NCBI RefSeq assembly: GCF_020745735.1
Contig: NC_083425.1
Span: 14,619,575 to 14,683,574 of the forward strand
Length of the DNA stretch: 64,000 bases
DNA from: Hemiscyllium ocellatum
Taxonomy: Eukaryota
Direction of reading: 5' to 3'
In this document: in pieces, positions 9,816 to 21,629 of the stretch
Position numbering within the stretch: position 1 is the stretch's first letter
Layout: the number at the start of each line of letters is the position of its first letter
Program-made: the position numbers and the translations under genes
Notes under the pieces: generated by a model
What the model was told of the DNA's origin: nothing
What the model saw: only the letters and a program-made list of their open reading frames with translations
Databases searched by the model: none

Positions 9816-10350
9816 CCTCCTTTAAACCCTCCAGTGGGATGCTACCACTTATTTCGCTGCCTTCCCTTGTTAGCATTCTGCCGGGATTGTTTTGTCTGCG
9901 ACACTCTGGTTCTTCCTCCTCTACTTTCATCACTTCACCACTCTCCCACTTTCTCATTCTACAATTGTCTAATTGAAGGTCTAACACTTGTCCATTTACT
10001 TCTTCCCTTGTCACTATCCAAAGCTCAAGACCTGCCTTCCAGGTGAAACAGCGATTTATCTGCACTTCCCTCAATCTAATCTACCGTGTTTGCTCTTCAT
10101 AATGTGGTCTCTTCTGTCTTGCAAAGACAAAAAGCAGACTGGGTGACCGCTTTATAGGACACCTCCCCAATCTGTCTGTAAAAGTATTCTCAGGTTTCCA
10201 GTTGCCTGCCAATTCAGCATACCACTATATTCCCATATCAACATTTTTGCCTCCAGCCTACTGCTCCAGTGAGGCTCAATGCAAACTGGAGGAACAACGC
10301 CACCTAATATTTTACAGCCTTGGGGACACAACATTGAGTTTAACAATTTC

Positions 10351-10578
10351 CAGAGCTGAAAATGTGTTGCTGGAAAAGCGTAGCAGGTCAGGCAGCATCC
10401 AAGCAACAGGAGATCAACGTTTCGGGCATAAGCCCTTCTTCAGGAGGGCCCTCCTGAAGAAGGGCTTATGCCCGAAACGTCGATTCTCCTGTTGCTTGGA
10501 TGCTGCCTGACCTGCTGTGCTTTTCCAGCAACACATTTACAGCTCTGATCTCCAGCATCTGCAGTCCTCACTTTCTCC
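10351..10578. mobile_element. Near-perfect fold-back PLE insert with hammerhead cores on both strands
   Basis: ~98-bp arms (10351-10448 / 10449-10547) centred on CAGGAGGGCCCTCCTG. Flanking direct repeat TTTAA(C/A)AATTTCCAG at 10339-10353 and 10579-10593. Confidence 0.88.
10454..10481 (+). ncRNA. Minimal type I hammerhead ribozyme core (PLE-associated)
   Basis: CTGAAGA-A-GGGC-TTAT-GCCC-GAAA-C-GTC fits CUGANGA / stem II / GAAA / NUH. A mirror copy is on the minus strand at 10416-10443. Confidence 0.7.
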
Positions 10579-11350
10579 TTTAAAAATTTCCAGGCATAAA
10601 TATCATCCTCTGTCAAGTGCCCACCCCACACACTTGCTCCTGTCATAAAAAGGGTTGCTTTTACCTCAGCCAACCCATTTTCAACTATTCACACTTTCCG
10701 TTATCACCAACTCAATATTTATCTCCCTACCTGGCTTATCATCAGTATTGCCTTTTGTCTACTCCTTTTTTTTCTCAATTTCACTCTGTGCACCATATTC
10801 CTCTATCTGATTCATTCCTCTTCCAATCCACTGCCTCTGTCATCAGCATAAATATGACCATATCCCAACTGCTTTCAGTTCTGACGAGGAGGCAAAAGAT
10901 TCTCTATTTTCTTTCCACAGATGCTGCCAGACCTACTCAGTTTCTTTAGCACTTACTTTTTTTTTGGTTCAGATCTTGAACGTTTGCAGTTCTTCAGTTT
11001 AGCTAAGAGTCAACTACCATTCTGAGAATCTGGAGCTTTGTGTAGTGGCCTGACCAGGTAAAGATGATAGATTTCCTTCCTTTCAAGAATAATAGTGAAC
11101 CAGATTGGGTTTTAACAAAAAAAGGTAGTTTCACAGCACTGTTACTGAGACTAGGCTTACAGTTCAGATTTATGAATTGAAATTCAATTGTACTAGTTGC
11201 CATGGTGAGATTTTAAGCTGTGAATAGTTGCTGTACTATCTAACACAATGACATTACTACTACACTAAGTTATGCTCTTTTCTAAAACTGCAATGGAGAG
11301 CCATGGAATGAGGTTCAAATTTCGCAGGGACACTAGGTATGTGGACCTTA

Positions 11351-11524
11351 GGAGAAAGTGAGGACTGCAGATCCTTGAGAGCTGAGTCGAGACTGTGGTG
11401 CTGGAAAAGCAGAGCAAGCACAGTGAAATTCCTGATGAAGGGCTCACGCCCGAAACGTCGATTCTCCTGCACCTTGGATGCTGCCTGACCTGCTGTGCTT
11501 TTCCAGCACTCCATTCTCAATTTC
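11351..11524. mobile_element. Fold-back PLE insert with an intact + strand hammerhead core (11432-11459)
   Basis: CTGATGA-A-GGGC-TCAC-GCCC-GAAA-CGTC. 9-bp TSD TGGACCTTA at 11342-11350 and 11525-11533. Confidence 0.8.
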
Positions 11525-14500
11525 TGGACCTTAACACTGTGAGCTGTAGAAGTTACTGCTTCAGTGAGAATCTCTGGCCAATAACTGTTTTATATTTTAG
11601 CATCGTTGTTTGAGGACAACCAATACAGATGGATCAGACTGACCAGACACTATCAGGAAAACTCCGTTGTGCAGCTTACAGTGTGGAAACTGTAGTTGCA
11701 GTTTGCAGCATGCAAGGCTGCAGTCTGCATTGTACAGTTTGTAACATGTTGTGCTGCATGTTATAATGTGAAGCTGGCAACATACAAGAATGCAGATTAT
11801 ATTCGGTGGTGTTCAGTGTGTATCCTTTTTATTTCAAAAATATACTTAATTCATAGAAAATATCCTGATATGCATACATAGTCACTAAAGCAGTTTGGTT
11901 CCGTAGAGTAGCATATGAAGAAACAAACAAACATTGGAGTTTAACTCTATCCAACAAACAAACCAAAGGCATTTCTTACTTGTACAAAACTATGTTTACA
12001 TAATTTGACGCACCAGAACAGTCTGATAACTGAATGGACTCGCATTGCACTTTGGCAGAAAGACCTTAGATGGTGGTCTTTCCTCAGTGTGCCTTGGCGG
12101 CAGCTGTCCCGAGCTTTGGTGCATCCCTCAGCATGTAGTCCTGGACCTTGGAATGTTCCAGTCTGCAACACTCTGTTGAGGTCAATTCCTTTCTCTGAAA
12201 GACCAATACATTTTGGGCAGACCAAAGAGCATGTTTCACTAAGTTGATGATCCCACAAGCACAGTTGATGTTTGACTGAGTGTACATCCTGGGGAACAGA
12301 CAATCGATCACAGAATCCTGCATCACAGAGCTGCTTGGGAAAAACCTCGACAAAATCCACTGCGTCTCTTGCCAGACTTCCTTCACGAAAGCACATCCCA
12401 GAAGGAGATGTCTGACAGTCTCTAACCTCTCGAAGCTGCTTCGGGGGCAGTGTGCTGTGGTGCAGAGTCCAGGCATACATGAGGGTTCTCACACAGGAGG
12501 GTTCTCACACAGGAGGGTTTCTCACCACGAGCCGAATGATTTCTTGGTGCGTTTTGGAGTATTCTGGTGGTGAGGTGGTTCTCGCCAAATGACTTTGACA
12601 GTCTGCTCAGGGAAAAACCAATAGGATCCACCCTCTTCTTTTCCCACAGGGTCTTGAGGACGCTATGTACTGACCATTTCCTGATGGACTTGTGCTCGAA
12701 GATGTTTCTCTTTGCAAATTTCTCCATGAAGAATAGGTGATACAAGAACGGTCCAATGCTTTGGCATGTTATGAGGCTATGAGGTCAGTCCTGTCCTTTG
12801 CACTACTGGGGACAGGTACATAGTCACACATGGTGTTTGAGGCATTGGGTATGTTTTCCCCCCTCTTTTCCAGTGTTTTGTACATGAAGTCTCTGTAGAC
12901 ACAGTCCATGTTAGACCTGAAGTGAAAATGGCTCAGGTGACTGCAATTGCGCAGGTTCTGGGAATGGGCCAGACTTGAGTCATGTCCAATAACAGAGACA
13001 GAGTGCTTCACACATGATGAGAAAGTTTTTACCCATAATGGAGAGGGACTGGTGCTCCCCCGTTTCTACCTTAATTTGGCAATATGCTCCTCCCAAGATT
13101 TTGCTCATGCCCTGGCTCCTCCAAACCATATTCCCAGCACCTTCAGATAATCTGTCCTGATTGGTGAAGGGGATAAAGGATCGGTTGGCTCAGCTGTAAA
13201 AATCTGCAAATGAGAAGGTGACTACCCACCACTTCTTTAACCTTGGAAATGGTGAAGTTGCCTCCTTGCAGCAGAATATCTAGGCTGAAGGAATGGCTAT
13301 CGTTTCTGCCCGACCAAATCGAAGGCCTGTGGGGCCCCAGAAGTTTGACTATTTCCAGTAGCTGGCGAGGTGCAGTATCCCGCATTCCTGCAGAAACTGG
13401 AGGTCTGTTTTGATATTGGCCAGGTAGACCAACGTGGAAACACATCACATATTAGATTTAATGCTACGAACATCAATACTAGCAATAGGGCAGGCATCCA
13501 CCTCTGCTATCCTGCACATAGGTGATTGTATCCCTGAGAAGCACGAGGCTCAGAGATTGGATTGGTTGGGGTGAATCGCCAATCCGAGATCAGACTTGAT
13601 CCAATTGGTGATGACGTTAGACTGGATTCTGCATTCATTAGCGAAATTGGCTGCTAATTTCTAAATTCCTCCCTCTTCCCTTTTGGCTTGTTGATGAAGG
13701 TGATGATCCCTTTCCTCATGGATTCATCCATTCTACCTGGCAGAAACACATTGTTGTACACTGCAGCAGGTCCTGACCTATCAAGTCCCATCAAGCTTTT
13801 TGAAAGTTTATTGAATTAACTGCAGAGCCATTCTGTCCGTTCGCCTGCTGTCTTGTCACCGGGGGACTCCCCGCATCCCCATGAAGTGGGCAAAGTGATA
13901 GACATTCTCCACATTGAGGTAGCCATCCTGTCCGTCCCTGGGGGGGGGAATTGCCCTAATCCGGTATCATCAAGGTGAGAACGGATTCAGGAAGGTCTGG
14001 TTCGGAATCCGATAGAAGGATAGACGTGCTCTGCTCCTGATTCAGACTGTCACTATTCCCGGTTGCTGGGAGGTGTGGTGGGGTGGGTACCCCATGGTTC
14101 CTGATGGACGGACGTTGGGCTGCACTGGACCCCTTGAATTGTCCGGTGTTTCCAGATTGGGTGGGGTGCTCCTCTCCCTCTCTCCTGTGGTTCTGTTTGC
14201 CTTGCTTTGTTGGCGGCCATCCCTTCACAGGTCTTTGTCGTCAGAGGACTGCTGGTGTGTCCATCCTTCGGCTGCCTCTTTCCTTTTTGTTGTGGTCCTG
14301 TGAGGGGCCTGATGTGCTTTCCTTTTCTGGTTGTTTCTCGCAGGTATCCACACACCATGCCATCCTCATTTCTTCCTCCTCCATTGAGTCCGTCTGTTCA
14401 GATGGAGGTTGGATTGGTTACTGAACTCCATGCTGGATACCTTTTCCTGCTGTCCAGCCTGATCTTCTTGCTGGGTGCTCCTCTTTTCAGTTTTCTCGCT

Positions 14501-15117
14501 GGAAGGTGACACCTGATTATCCTTTGGGGCCCATGGCTCACATTTACACTTACGGCCATCTGAGCATATGTGCAGTGCCCCTCCAAACTTGAGCAGGCCT
14601 TGTCTAGGTGGCCTGCTTCCTCATGTAAGATGCAGCTCTTGGACCTTGGACTTCTTGCAATCTTTTGTCAGGTGGCCCTCCAGAGGTCCATTGCCCTCCT
14701 ACAGGTGAGACACACTCTAGGTTTTCCTGTAAGATAGCCTCGGCTCCGTCCGATCGCGAAGCTGGAGGGTGGGTGGAGGATGTTCCCACTAGCATCCACC
14801 TTTAGGGTCACCTTGACCTGCCGCTTGCTGGATAAGACGCCGATAGAATCCACTCGTCATTACTGCCTCCTTCTAGCTGTATGTACCTTCCTGGAAGGTC
14901 AGGGCATCTGCATCCCAGAGCATGAGGCTTGGACATGTGGATTGTAACAATCCGGCTCCTCTGTGCAGGTAGAATAAACAATGGTGCTGCAGACAGGATG
15001 GAGAGGGATCCCACACCTCCTTTCTCCTCAAAGTCCTTCAGGAGATTCTCACATTCCTTCACACTCCTGAAGGTCAAGGTCAAGTCCCGCTGAGGAAATC
15101 CTGAAGGCAGAAAATAT

Positions 15118-16010
15118 TTTTTATATCAAAAGTATATTTTATTCATAAAATTATTTTGGTATCTATACAATTGGTCATGCTATACATACGTATACATTCC
15201 ATTTCTTTATATAAAGAGATCGGAATTAATCATTCGTATGTACATGTCTGTACATTGACCATCCAGATATTTTGCTGAGGTGTCAGTGGGCCCCCTTTCC
15301 TCTTGGGCAGACAGACCTTACACTGTGGTCTTTCTCCAACGCGCCTTGGCGGCAGCTGCACCAAACTTGAGCACGTCCCTCAGCACATAGTCCTGGACCT
15401 TGGAATGTGCCAGTCCGCAGCACTCAGTCGGGGTCGGCTCCTTCAGCTGGAAGATCAACAGGTTTCAGACAGACCAAAGAGCATCTCTGACCGAGTTGAT
15501 GATCCTCTAGGCACAGTTAGATTAGATTAGATTACTTACAGTGTGGAAACAGGCCCTTCGGCCCAACAAGTCCACACCGTGCGGCCGAAGCGCAACCCAC
15601 CCATACCCCTACATTCACCCCTTACCTAACACTACGGGCAATTTAGCATGGCCAATTCACCTCTCCCGCACACCTTTGGACTGTGGGAGGAAACCGGAGC
15701 ACCCGGAGGAAACCCACGCAGACACGGGGAGAATGTGCAAACTCCCACAGTCAGTCACCTATTCATCTCAGTGTGCATCCCGGGCAACAGACCGTAGAGC
15801 ACGGAGTCCCGCAACATGGAGCTGCTTGGGACGAACTTCGACCAACACCACTGCATTCTCCTCCAGACTTCCTTTGCGTAGGCACATTCCAGAAGGAGGT
15901 GTGTGACAGTCTCGTCCCCTCCACAGCCGCTTCTAGGGCAGCGTGCGGTGCGGCAGAGAGTCCGGGTGTACATAAAGGATCTCACAGACGAGCCCTTCTC
16001 ATCACACCAC
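15118..16010 (-). mobile_element. Second, 5'-truncated Tx1/L1-clade LINE nested in ORF1 of the first
   Basis: Zinc-finger region CPRSGCGGDETVTHLLLEC, A-rich tail, exact 10-bp TSD CAGAAAATAT at 15108-15117 and 16011-16020. Confidence 0.88.
15516..15760 (-). mobile_element. 5'-truncated HE1-type SINE inside the nested LINE
   Basis: (TTAGA)n tail and HE1 core in reverse orientation. Confidence 0.85.
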
Positions 16011-16367
16011 CAGAAAATATCTGCTGCTTGGAACCCACAGCAATCCAGGAGGACTCTCTTCACGAAGGATCCTTCTTCCACTTCACTCTCACCCTGACTG
16101 TATTTCAGAACCCCCCCTCCCTTGTCCTGGGGTGTGGGCACTAGCAGAGACTGTGGCTCTGGTTGACTGGTTACTGAATTGAAGTTAGGCTGAAGTCAGT
16201 ATAAACATCCACCAATTGCTGTTCAGCCGAACCAAGTTCTGCTTTCAATCACTATCCAGCGATGATCTCGTGACCTTCTGAAGATGAAGGTTCTCAGCTC
16301 AGATTCGTCCTGGGAGAACCACCTACTGGATCACGGTTTCTCTCCGGACAGGTTGCAGTATGTACCC

Positions 16368-18480
16368 CAAGGTAGCACTGCTTGTCATGTGGCTCTATGT
16401 TGCATTTTGTACTTGGCAGTGTTTAAGGTTGCAGATTGCACTTTGTTGATGTGACAATTGGTTGCAATGCACATTTAGCAAAACATAAGGCTGCAGCTTG
16501 CATTGTGTAGATTGCAGCATGGAGGGTTGCTGTTTACGTTGCATAATTTGAACAATGTATGGCTGCAGACGTTATTGCACAATTTGCAGCTGTTAAGGCT
16601 GCAGGTTTCATGGTGCAGTTTGCATTTTATAATGTTGACAGAGTCTGCATTATGCACCTGACGACTAGAGGAAGAATGCCTCATCTTCCACCTTGAGACC
16701 CTCCAACCACACGCATCAATGTTGACTTCACCAGGTTCCTTATCTCCTCTCCCCCCACCTCATTCTGGATCCAATCCTCCAACTCATCACCGCTCTCTTG
16801 AACTGTCCTACCTGTCCGTCTTCCTTCCCACGTATGTGCTCCACCCTCTACTCCAATCTATCACTATTTGCCCCCACCTGAATTTACCTATCACTTTCCC
16901 AGCTACCTCTCCCTCCCTTCTATTTATCTCCCAGCACCCTTGCCCCACATTCCTGATGAAGGGCTTATGCGGGAGACATCAACTCTCCACCTCAGATACT
17001 GCCTAACTGGCAGTGCTTTTCCGGCACCACACTTTTTGACTGCTGTTACTATTGTGCAGTTTGTGATACCTGTGTCAGGATGATGTCTGGATTCCTGTAA
17101 ATATGGTTGCACCTTGCATTTTGTAGCTTGTAGCGTGTAAGGTTGTAAATTGCACATTTCAATTTGCAGCGGTTTGCACTTTGCAGATTGCAGCACGTAA
17201 GGCCGCAGCTTTTAGTATCCGTATTGCAATCTGTAGGGTTGCACAAGCAATTTCTAGTGTGTAGGACAGTAGACTTAATTGCACATTTATTAGTGGTATC
17301 CAAAGGCTGCAAACTTCACTGAGTTGCTTGCTGTGTGTAAAAGTTGCAGGTTTCAATATGCCGAGGTTTTATCATCCAGCTTGCATTATGCAGGTTGCAC
17401 ATCATTCAGGGTTTGCAAGGACTGCAGGTTGCATAGTGAGGTTTCCAACAACTCAGGTTTCAACCTACATTATGTAGTTTGCAGCTTGCAATCCCAGGTT
17501 TGCTTTATGTAAGGCTGAAAGTTGCATTGTGCAATCTGCAGCATGAAAAGTGGCAATCTGCACTGTGAGGATGTAGGATGCATTCTGCAGTTGGCAACAT
17601 GTAAAGCTGTACATTGCATTATCCAGTTTGCAGCATGTAAGGCTGCAGGTTTCATTTTCCTGTTTGCAAAATGTAAATCGTAGGTTGCATTATGTATTTT
17701 GTGCATGGAAATCTGCAGGTGCATTGTTCAGCTTAGAGCGAGGTTGCTGTTTACATTATGCAGTTTGCAATATTTAGAGCTGCAGTTTGCACTACGAGTC
17801 TGCGTTGTGCCATATGCAAGGCTGGAGTTTTCAATATGCAGGTCGCAATAAGTTCAATTGTGGTCAATATTGTGCAATTTACAATGTTTGGAGTTACTCT
17901 TTGATTCAGCATTGCACAATTTATAATGCATAGTCTGTATTGTGCAAAATGTGAGGCTGAAGTTGACAATGTGTAGTTTGCAAAGTGCTAGGCTGCAGCC
18001 TGCATTGTGCACTTTTCGGGGGAAATTGACAATGCGTAGTTTGTGATGTACAGTGTGTATTGTACGTGTTTAAAGGCTGAAGTTGACAATGTGCAGTTTG
18101 CAATGTGCCAAGATGTCGTTTGTATTGTGCAGTTTGCAATCTGAAACCTGCATAGTCCAGTTTTCAAAGCTGCAGTTTGCAATGTACAGTCTGCATTGTC
18201 AACTTCAGCTTTGAAAACTGCACAATGCAGACTATACATTGCAAACTGCTAATTGTCAACGTCAGCCTCTAAAAGGGCAGAATGTACGTTGTGCAGTTTT
18301 CATAGGTGAAGTTGACAATGTGCAGTTTGCAATTTGGAGTCTGCATAATGCAGTTTTAGAGGCTGAAGCTGACAATGTGCAGTTTGCAATGTACAGACTG
18401 CATCGTGCAGTTGTCAAGGCTGAAGTTGACAGTGTGCAGTTTGCAATGTGCCAAGCTGTAGTTGATGCTGTTGCCAATGT
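16368..18480. repeat. Degenerate TGCA-rich tandem repeat (~30-bp units) running up to the PGS1 start; also present at ~11660-11815
   Basis: Recurring GGCTGAAGTTGACAATGTGCAGTTTGCAATGT-like units that become more homogeneous toward 18480. One segment is inverted (18194-18274). Confidence 0.85.
16655..17040 (+). mobile_element. PLE 3' fragment
   Basis: RLEEECLIFHLETLQP, then a pyrimidine-rich UTR and a degenerate hammerhead (CTGATGAAGGGCTTATGCGGGAGAC). Confidence 0.75.
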
Positions 18481-18790
18481 GCTCATCGCAGCTCGAGCCT
18501 GTTGCTCTCTCCCAGGATGCTTCACTCCTCAGTCATGGCGGCTCCCGTCGCGCTGCACAGGCTGCTGGCGTCGGTCCTGAAACCTTTCGCTGCCGGTTTG
18601 ACAAGGATGAAAGTGGGGCTCCGGAGGCGGGAGAGGAGGTGAGGTTTTGACGAGGCTGACTGTGTCGTTTCCCGGCGGGGTTTATGTTTGTGTGTGTGTG
18701 TTTAGGGTCGGGGAAGGGGAGAGGGGGGGACACTCGGGCCCGGCCTCTGCCCAGAGCCAGAGACCGACCTGAAACCAGCAGCAGCAACAT
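18480..18790 (+). promoter_or_regulatory. PGS1: Small CpG island at the PGS1 5' end
   Basis: High CpG and GC density over exon 1 and the start of intron 1. YY1-like CATGGCGGC overlaps the ATG; CCAAT at 18474-18478. Confidence 0.65.
18535..18638 (+). CDS. PGS1: PGS1 exon 1 (mitochondrial targeting peptide-like)
   Basis: GTCATGG Kozak context; MAAPVALHRLLASVLKPFAAGLTRMKVGLRRRER; donor AG|GTGAGG; phase 2 matches exon 2. Confidence 0.85.
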
Positions 18791-20094
18791 TGTCATCACC
18801 ATCAGTTACTGTAAACCGCCTGTCCCTCTGTGCAACAACTTCCCAGCTCCCTCCCTGCCACCGTGGGAACTGCCGTTCAACTTCAGTCCTTTCACAACAC
18901 TGAAAACAGACACTTAATCTTTCTGTTCCCTCATTGCACCGACAACTTTTGTCAGTAACCACACACAAAAGCGCTTACCGGAAATTCCGTCTTTTGCACA
19001 ACCCAACACGAGAAACACTTCAAAAACAATAGTTACTGGGTTTCCAGAAAATGTGTTGGGAATAAAGGAGCTTTTCTCACAACAAAGTGACAATAATTTC
19101 ACATCTTTCTAAGAAAGAATAACTAATATTCAAGTAGTGATTTCTGACTTTTAACTAATTGGACAAATAAGTAGATGTACCTGTGCATGGTTACTTGTAA
19201 TTTTATATTGTACATACAAAAAAAAAGAAATTGCAAGAGAAATATCTAGCAGCATCAATGAAGATAAAATAGAGTTAATGTTTTGAGTTCGCTGACTGTT
19301 CTTCAGAACACAATTTAATACAGTTTTGAAAGAATTGTTAGCCTAATCTTTCTCATTGTTTGGAAAATGTAATTTTATATACTGCTTTGAAATTTTGAAT
19401 GTAAAGTACACGCAAATAGATGTGCCCCATGAAGATAATCTCGTATACCATTCTCCCTTGTATAATTTTGCATTTAAAATTGTAGATCTTTTCCTTTAAA
19501 ATTATGACTGTGATATATTTTAAATTGTATCATAAATTCATAAGAATATGAGAAATAGAAACAGGTGTAGTCCAGTCAGCTCTGCTCTGCCATTCTCGTG
19601 ATTTGGAAAATGTAATTATGACTGATCTTCTGCTTCACCATATGCTGCATATCTCATTGTTTTAACAATCACTCAATCCAACAATGAACATAATGACTAA
19701 ACCTCCACAGCACTCTGAATTCTAAAGAGTCATCACCCTTCCAATGAAGAATTTCCTCCTGATCACAGTCCTAAGTTGCCTGTCCCTTATTTTGAGACTG
19801 TATCTCCTGATTCTCAATTCCCAGTCAAGAGAAACATTCTTTCTGTATGTACCCTATTATCTCTGCCAGAATTTTGTATTTGTATGGAAATCCCCCTCAT
19901 TCTACAAAGCTCCAAAGCATATGGGCCCAATATATTGAACCTTTGCTGAAACAACAATCTTGTCATCCCAAGAATTAATTTGGTGAACTATTGTTTTACT
20001 GACTAGTATTCCTATCCTCTGACAAGCTGTCGCAGTCACAATATTTCTATGGATGGTCCAGTTCAGCTTATCTCTGGTCAGAGCTTACCCTGAA

Positions 20095-21305
20095 TCGGAG
20101 TCCTACAGCACAGAGACAGGCCCTTTGGCCTAAACTGGTTCATGCTGAACAAAATGTCCGTCCATGCTAATTCCATTTCCCTGCACTTGGCCCATATCCT
20201 TCTAATCCTTTGCTATCCAGGTATTTGTCCAAATGCCTTTTAAATGATGTTAATGTACCAGGCTCAATCATTTCCGCTGGCAGCGCATTCCATATGCATA
20301 CCACCCTCTGCTAAAAAGGTTGCCCCTCAGATTCCCTTTTATTCATTCCCCTCTAACCTTAAACTGATGCCCTCTCGTCCTTGATTCCCCAACCCTGGGA
20401 AAAAGACTGAATGCATTCACTCTATCTGTGTCTCTTGTAATCTTATACAACTCTGCAAGGTTCCCTCCTCAGTCTCCTGTGCTCCAAAGAAAAACTTGTC
20501 CAACCTCTCCCTGTAACTTAGACATTGAGTCCTGGCAACGTCCTTGTAACTTTTTTCTGCACTCTTTTCAATTTAATAAATCCTTCCTATAGCAAAGTGG
20601 CCAAAACTGAATATTATTCTCCAAGTGTGGCCTCACCAACACCCTAAACAACTGCAACATAACTTCCCAACTTCTATACTCAGTGTCCTGACTGATGAAG
20701 GCCAGTGCGCCAAAAGCCTTCTTCACTGTCCTATCTACCTGTGATTTGACTTTTAGAGAACTGTGAACCTGAACTCCAAGATCTCTCTGTTCCACTACAC
20801 TCCTTAAGGCCCTACCATTCACCATGAAACTCGTACCTTGATTTGACTTTTCAAAATGCAAGACCTCACATTTATCTGTGTTAAACTCCATTTGCCATGT
20901 CTCGGCCCACTTCTCCAGGTGATCAAGATCCTGCTGCAATTTCTGACAACCTTCCTCACTGTCCATGATACTGCATATTTTAGTGTCATCTGCAAATTTA
21001 CTAATCATGCCTTGTACATTCTCATCCAAATCATTGATATCAATAACAAACAGTAATGGCCCCAACACTGACCCCTGTGGCACTCCACCAGTCACAGGCC
21101 TCCAGTCTGACAAGCAACTATTACTGTCTGCTTCCTACTATCAAGCCACTTTTGTATCCAGTTTGCCAGCCTGCCCTGGATTCCATGTGATCTCAGCTTG
21201 CAGAGCGGCGTACCATGTGGATCCTATCAAAGACTTTCTGAAATCCATATAGACTACGTCTACCACCCTTCCCTCATCAACCTTCCAGGTCACTTCATCA
21301 AATAG
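20095..21305 (-). mobile_element. CR1 LINE, RT C-terminal part and 3' UTR
   Basis: [13 protein letters not shown]...SKFADDTK in ORF 20568-21113; [10 protein letters not shown] upstream. Confidence 0.92.
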
Positions 21306-21629
21306 CTCTTCACAAGTCTGAGGTGTTGATAATATGGAATCATTGATGGTAATGCCATTAAATGTTGAGGGATAATGGATAGATCCTTTCTTGTTGAAGA
21401 TGGTTGTTGGCTGGCACTTGTTTGGCAAGATTGTTACTTGCCCATGCAAGCCTGGAGATTGTCCACGTCTTGCTGCATTTTGACATGGACTGCTTCATCA
21501 CCTGAGTGGTCATGAATGGTGCTAAACATTGTACAATTGTTGGTGAACATTCCCACTTTTGACCTTCCAATGGAGGGAAGCTAATTGAAGCAGCTGAAGA
21601 TAGGGCCTACAACAATATCCTGAGGAATT

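Larger units (their letters stand above)
9816..10995 (+). mobile_element. Degenerate Penelope-like element (GIY-YIG region and 3' end), interrupted at 10351-10578
   Basis: 10043 onward translates VKQRFICTSLNLIYRVCSS*CGLFCLAKTKSRLGDRFIGHL, then LEEQRHLIFYSLG, matching the PLE endonuclease C-terminus. Confidence 0.75.
11826..16355 (-). mobile_element. Tx1/L1-clade LINE, degenerate and internally deleted (5' UTR, ORF1, parts of ORF2, A-rich 3' end)
   Basis: ORF1 remnants FVKRVLLDCCGFQAADIF / LTFRSVKECENLLKDFEEKGG / VKVTLKVD; RT remnant MRKGIITFINKPKG; ORF2 C-terminus CPRS...ETVRHLLLGCAFVKEVW and DYMLRDAPKLGTAAAKA. Degenerate TSD CAGT(G/A)TGTA(T/C)CC at 11814-11825 and 16356-16367. Confidence 0.85.

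Noticed and set aside
15755-16141. Novel zinc-finger gene
   Set aside because: Chimeric junction of two nested LINEs, cut short by a SINE.
17049-18580. Many short Cys/Gln-rich ORFs upstream of PGS1
   Set aside because: Products of the TGCA-rich degenerate repeat.
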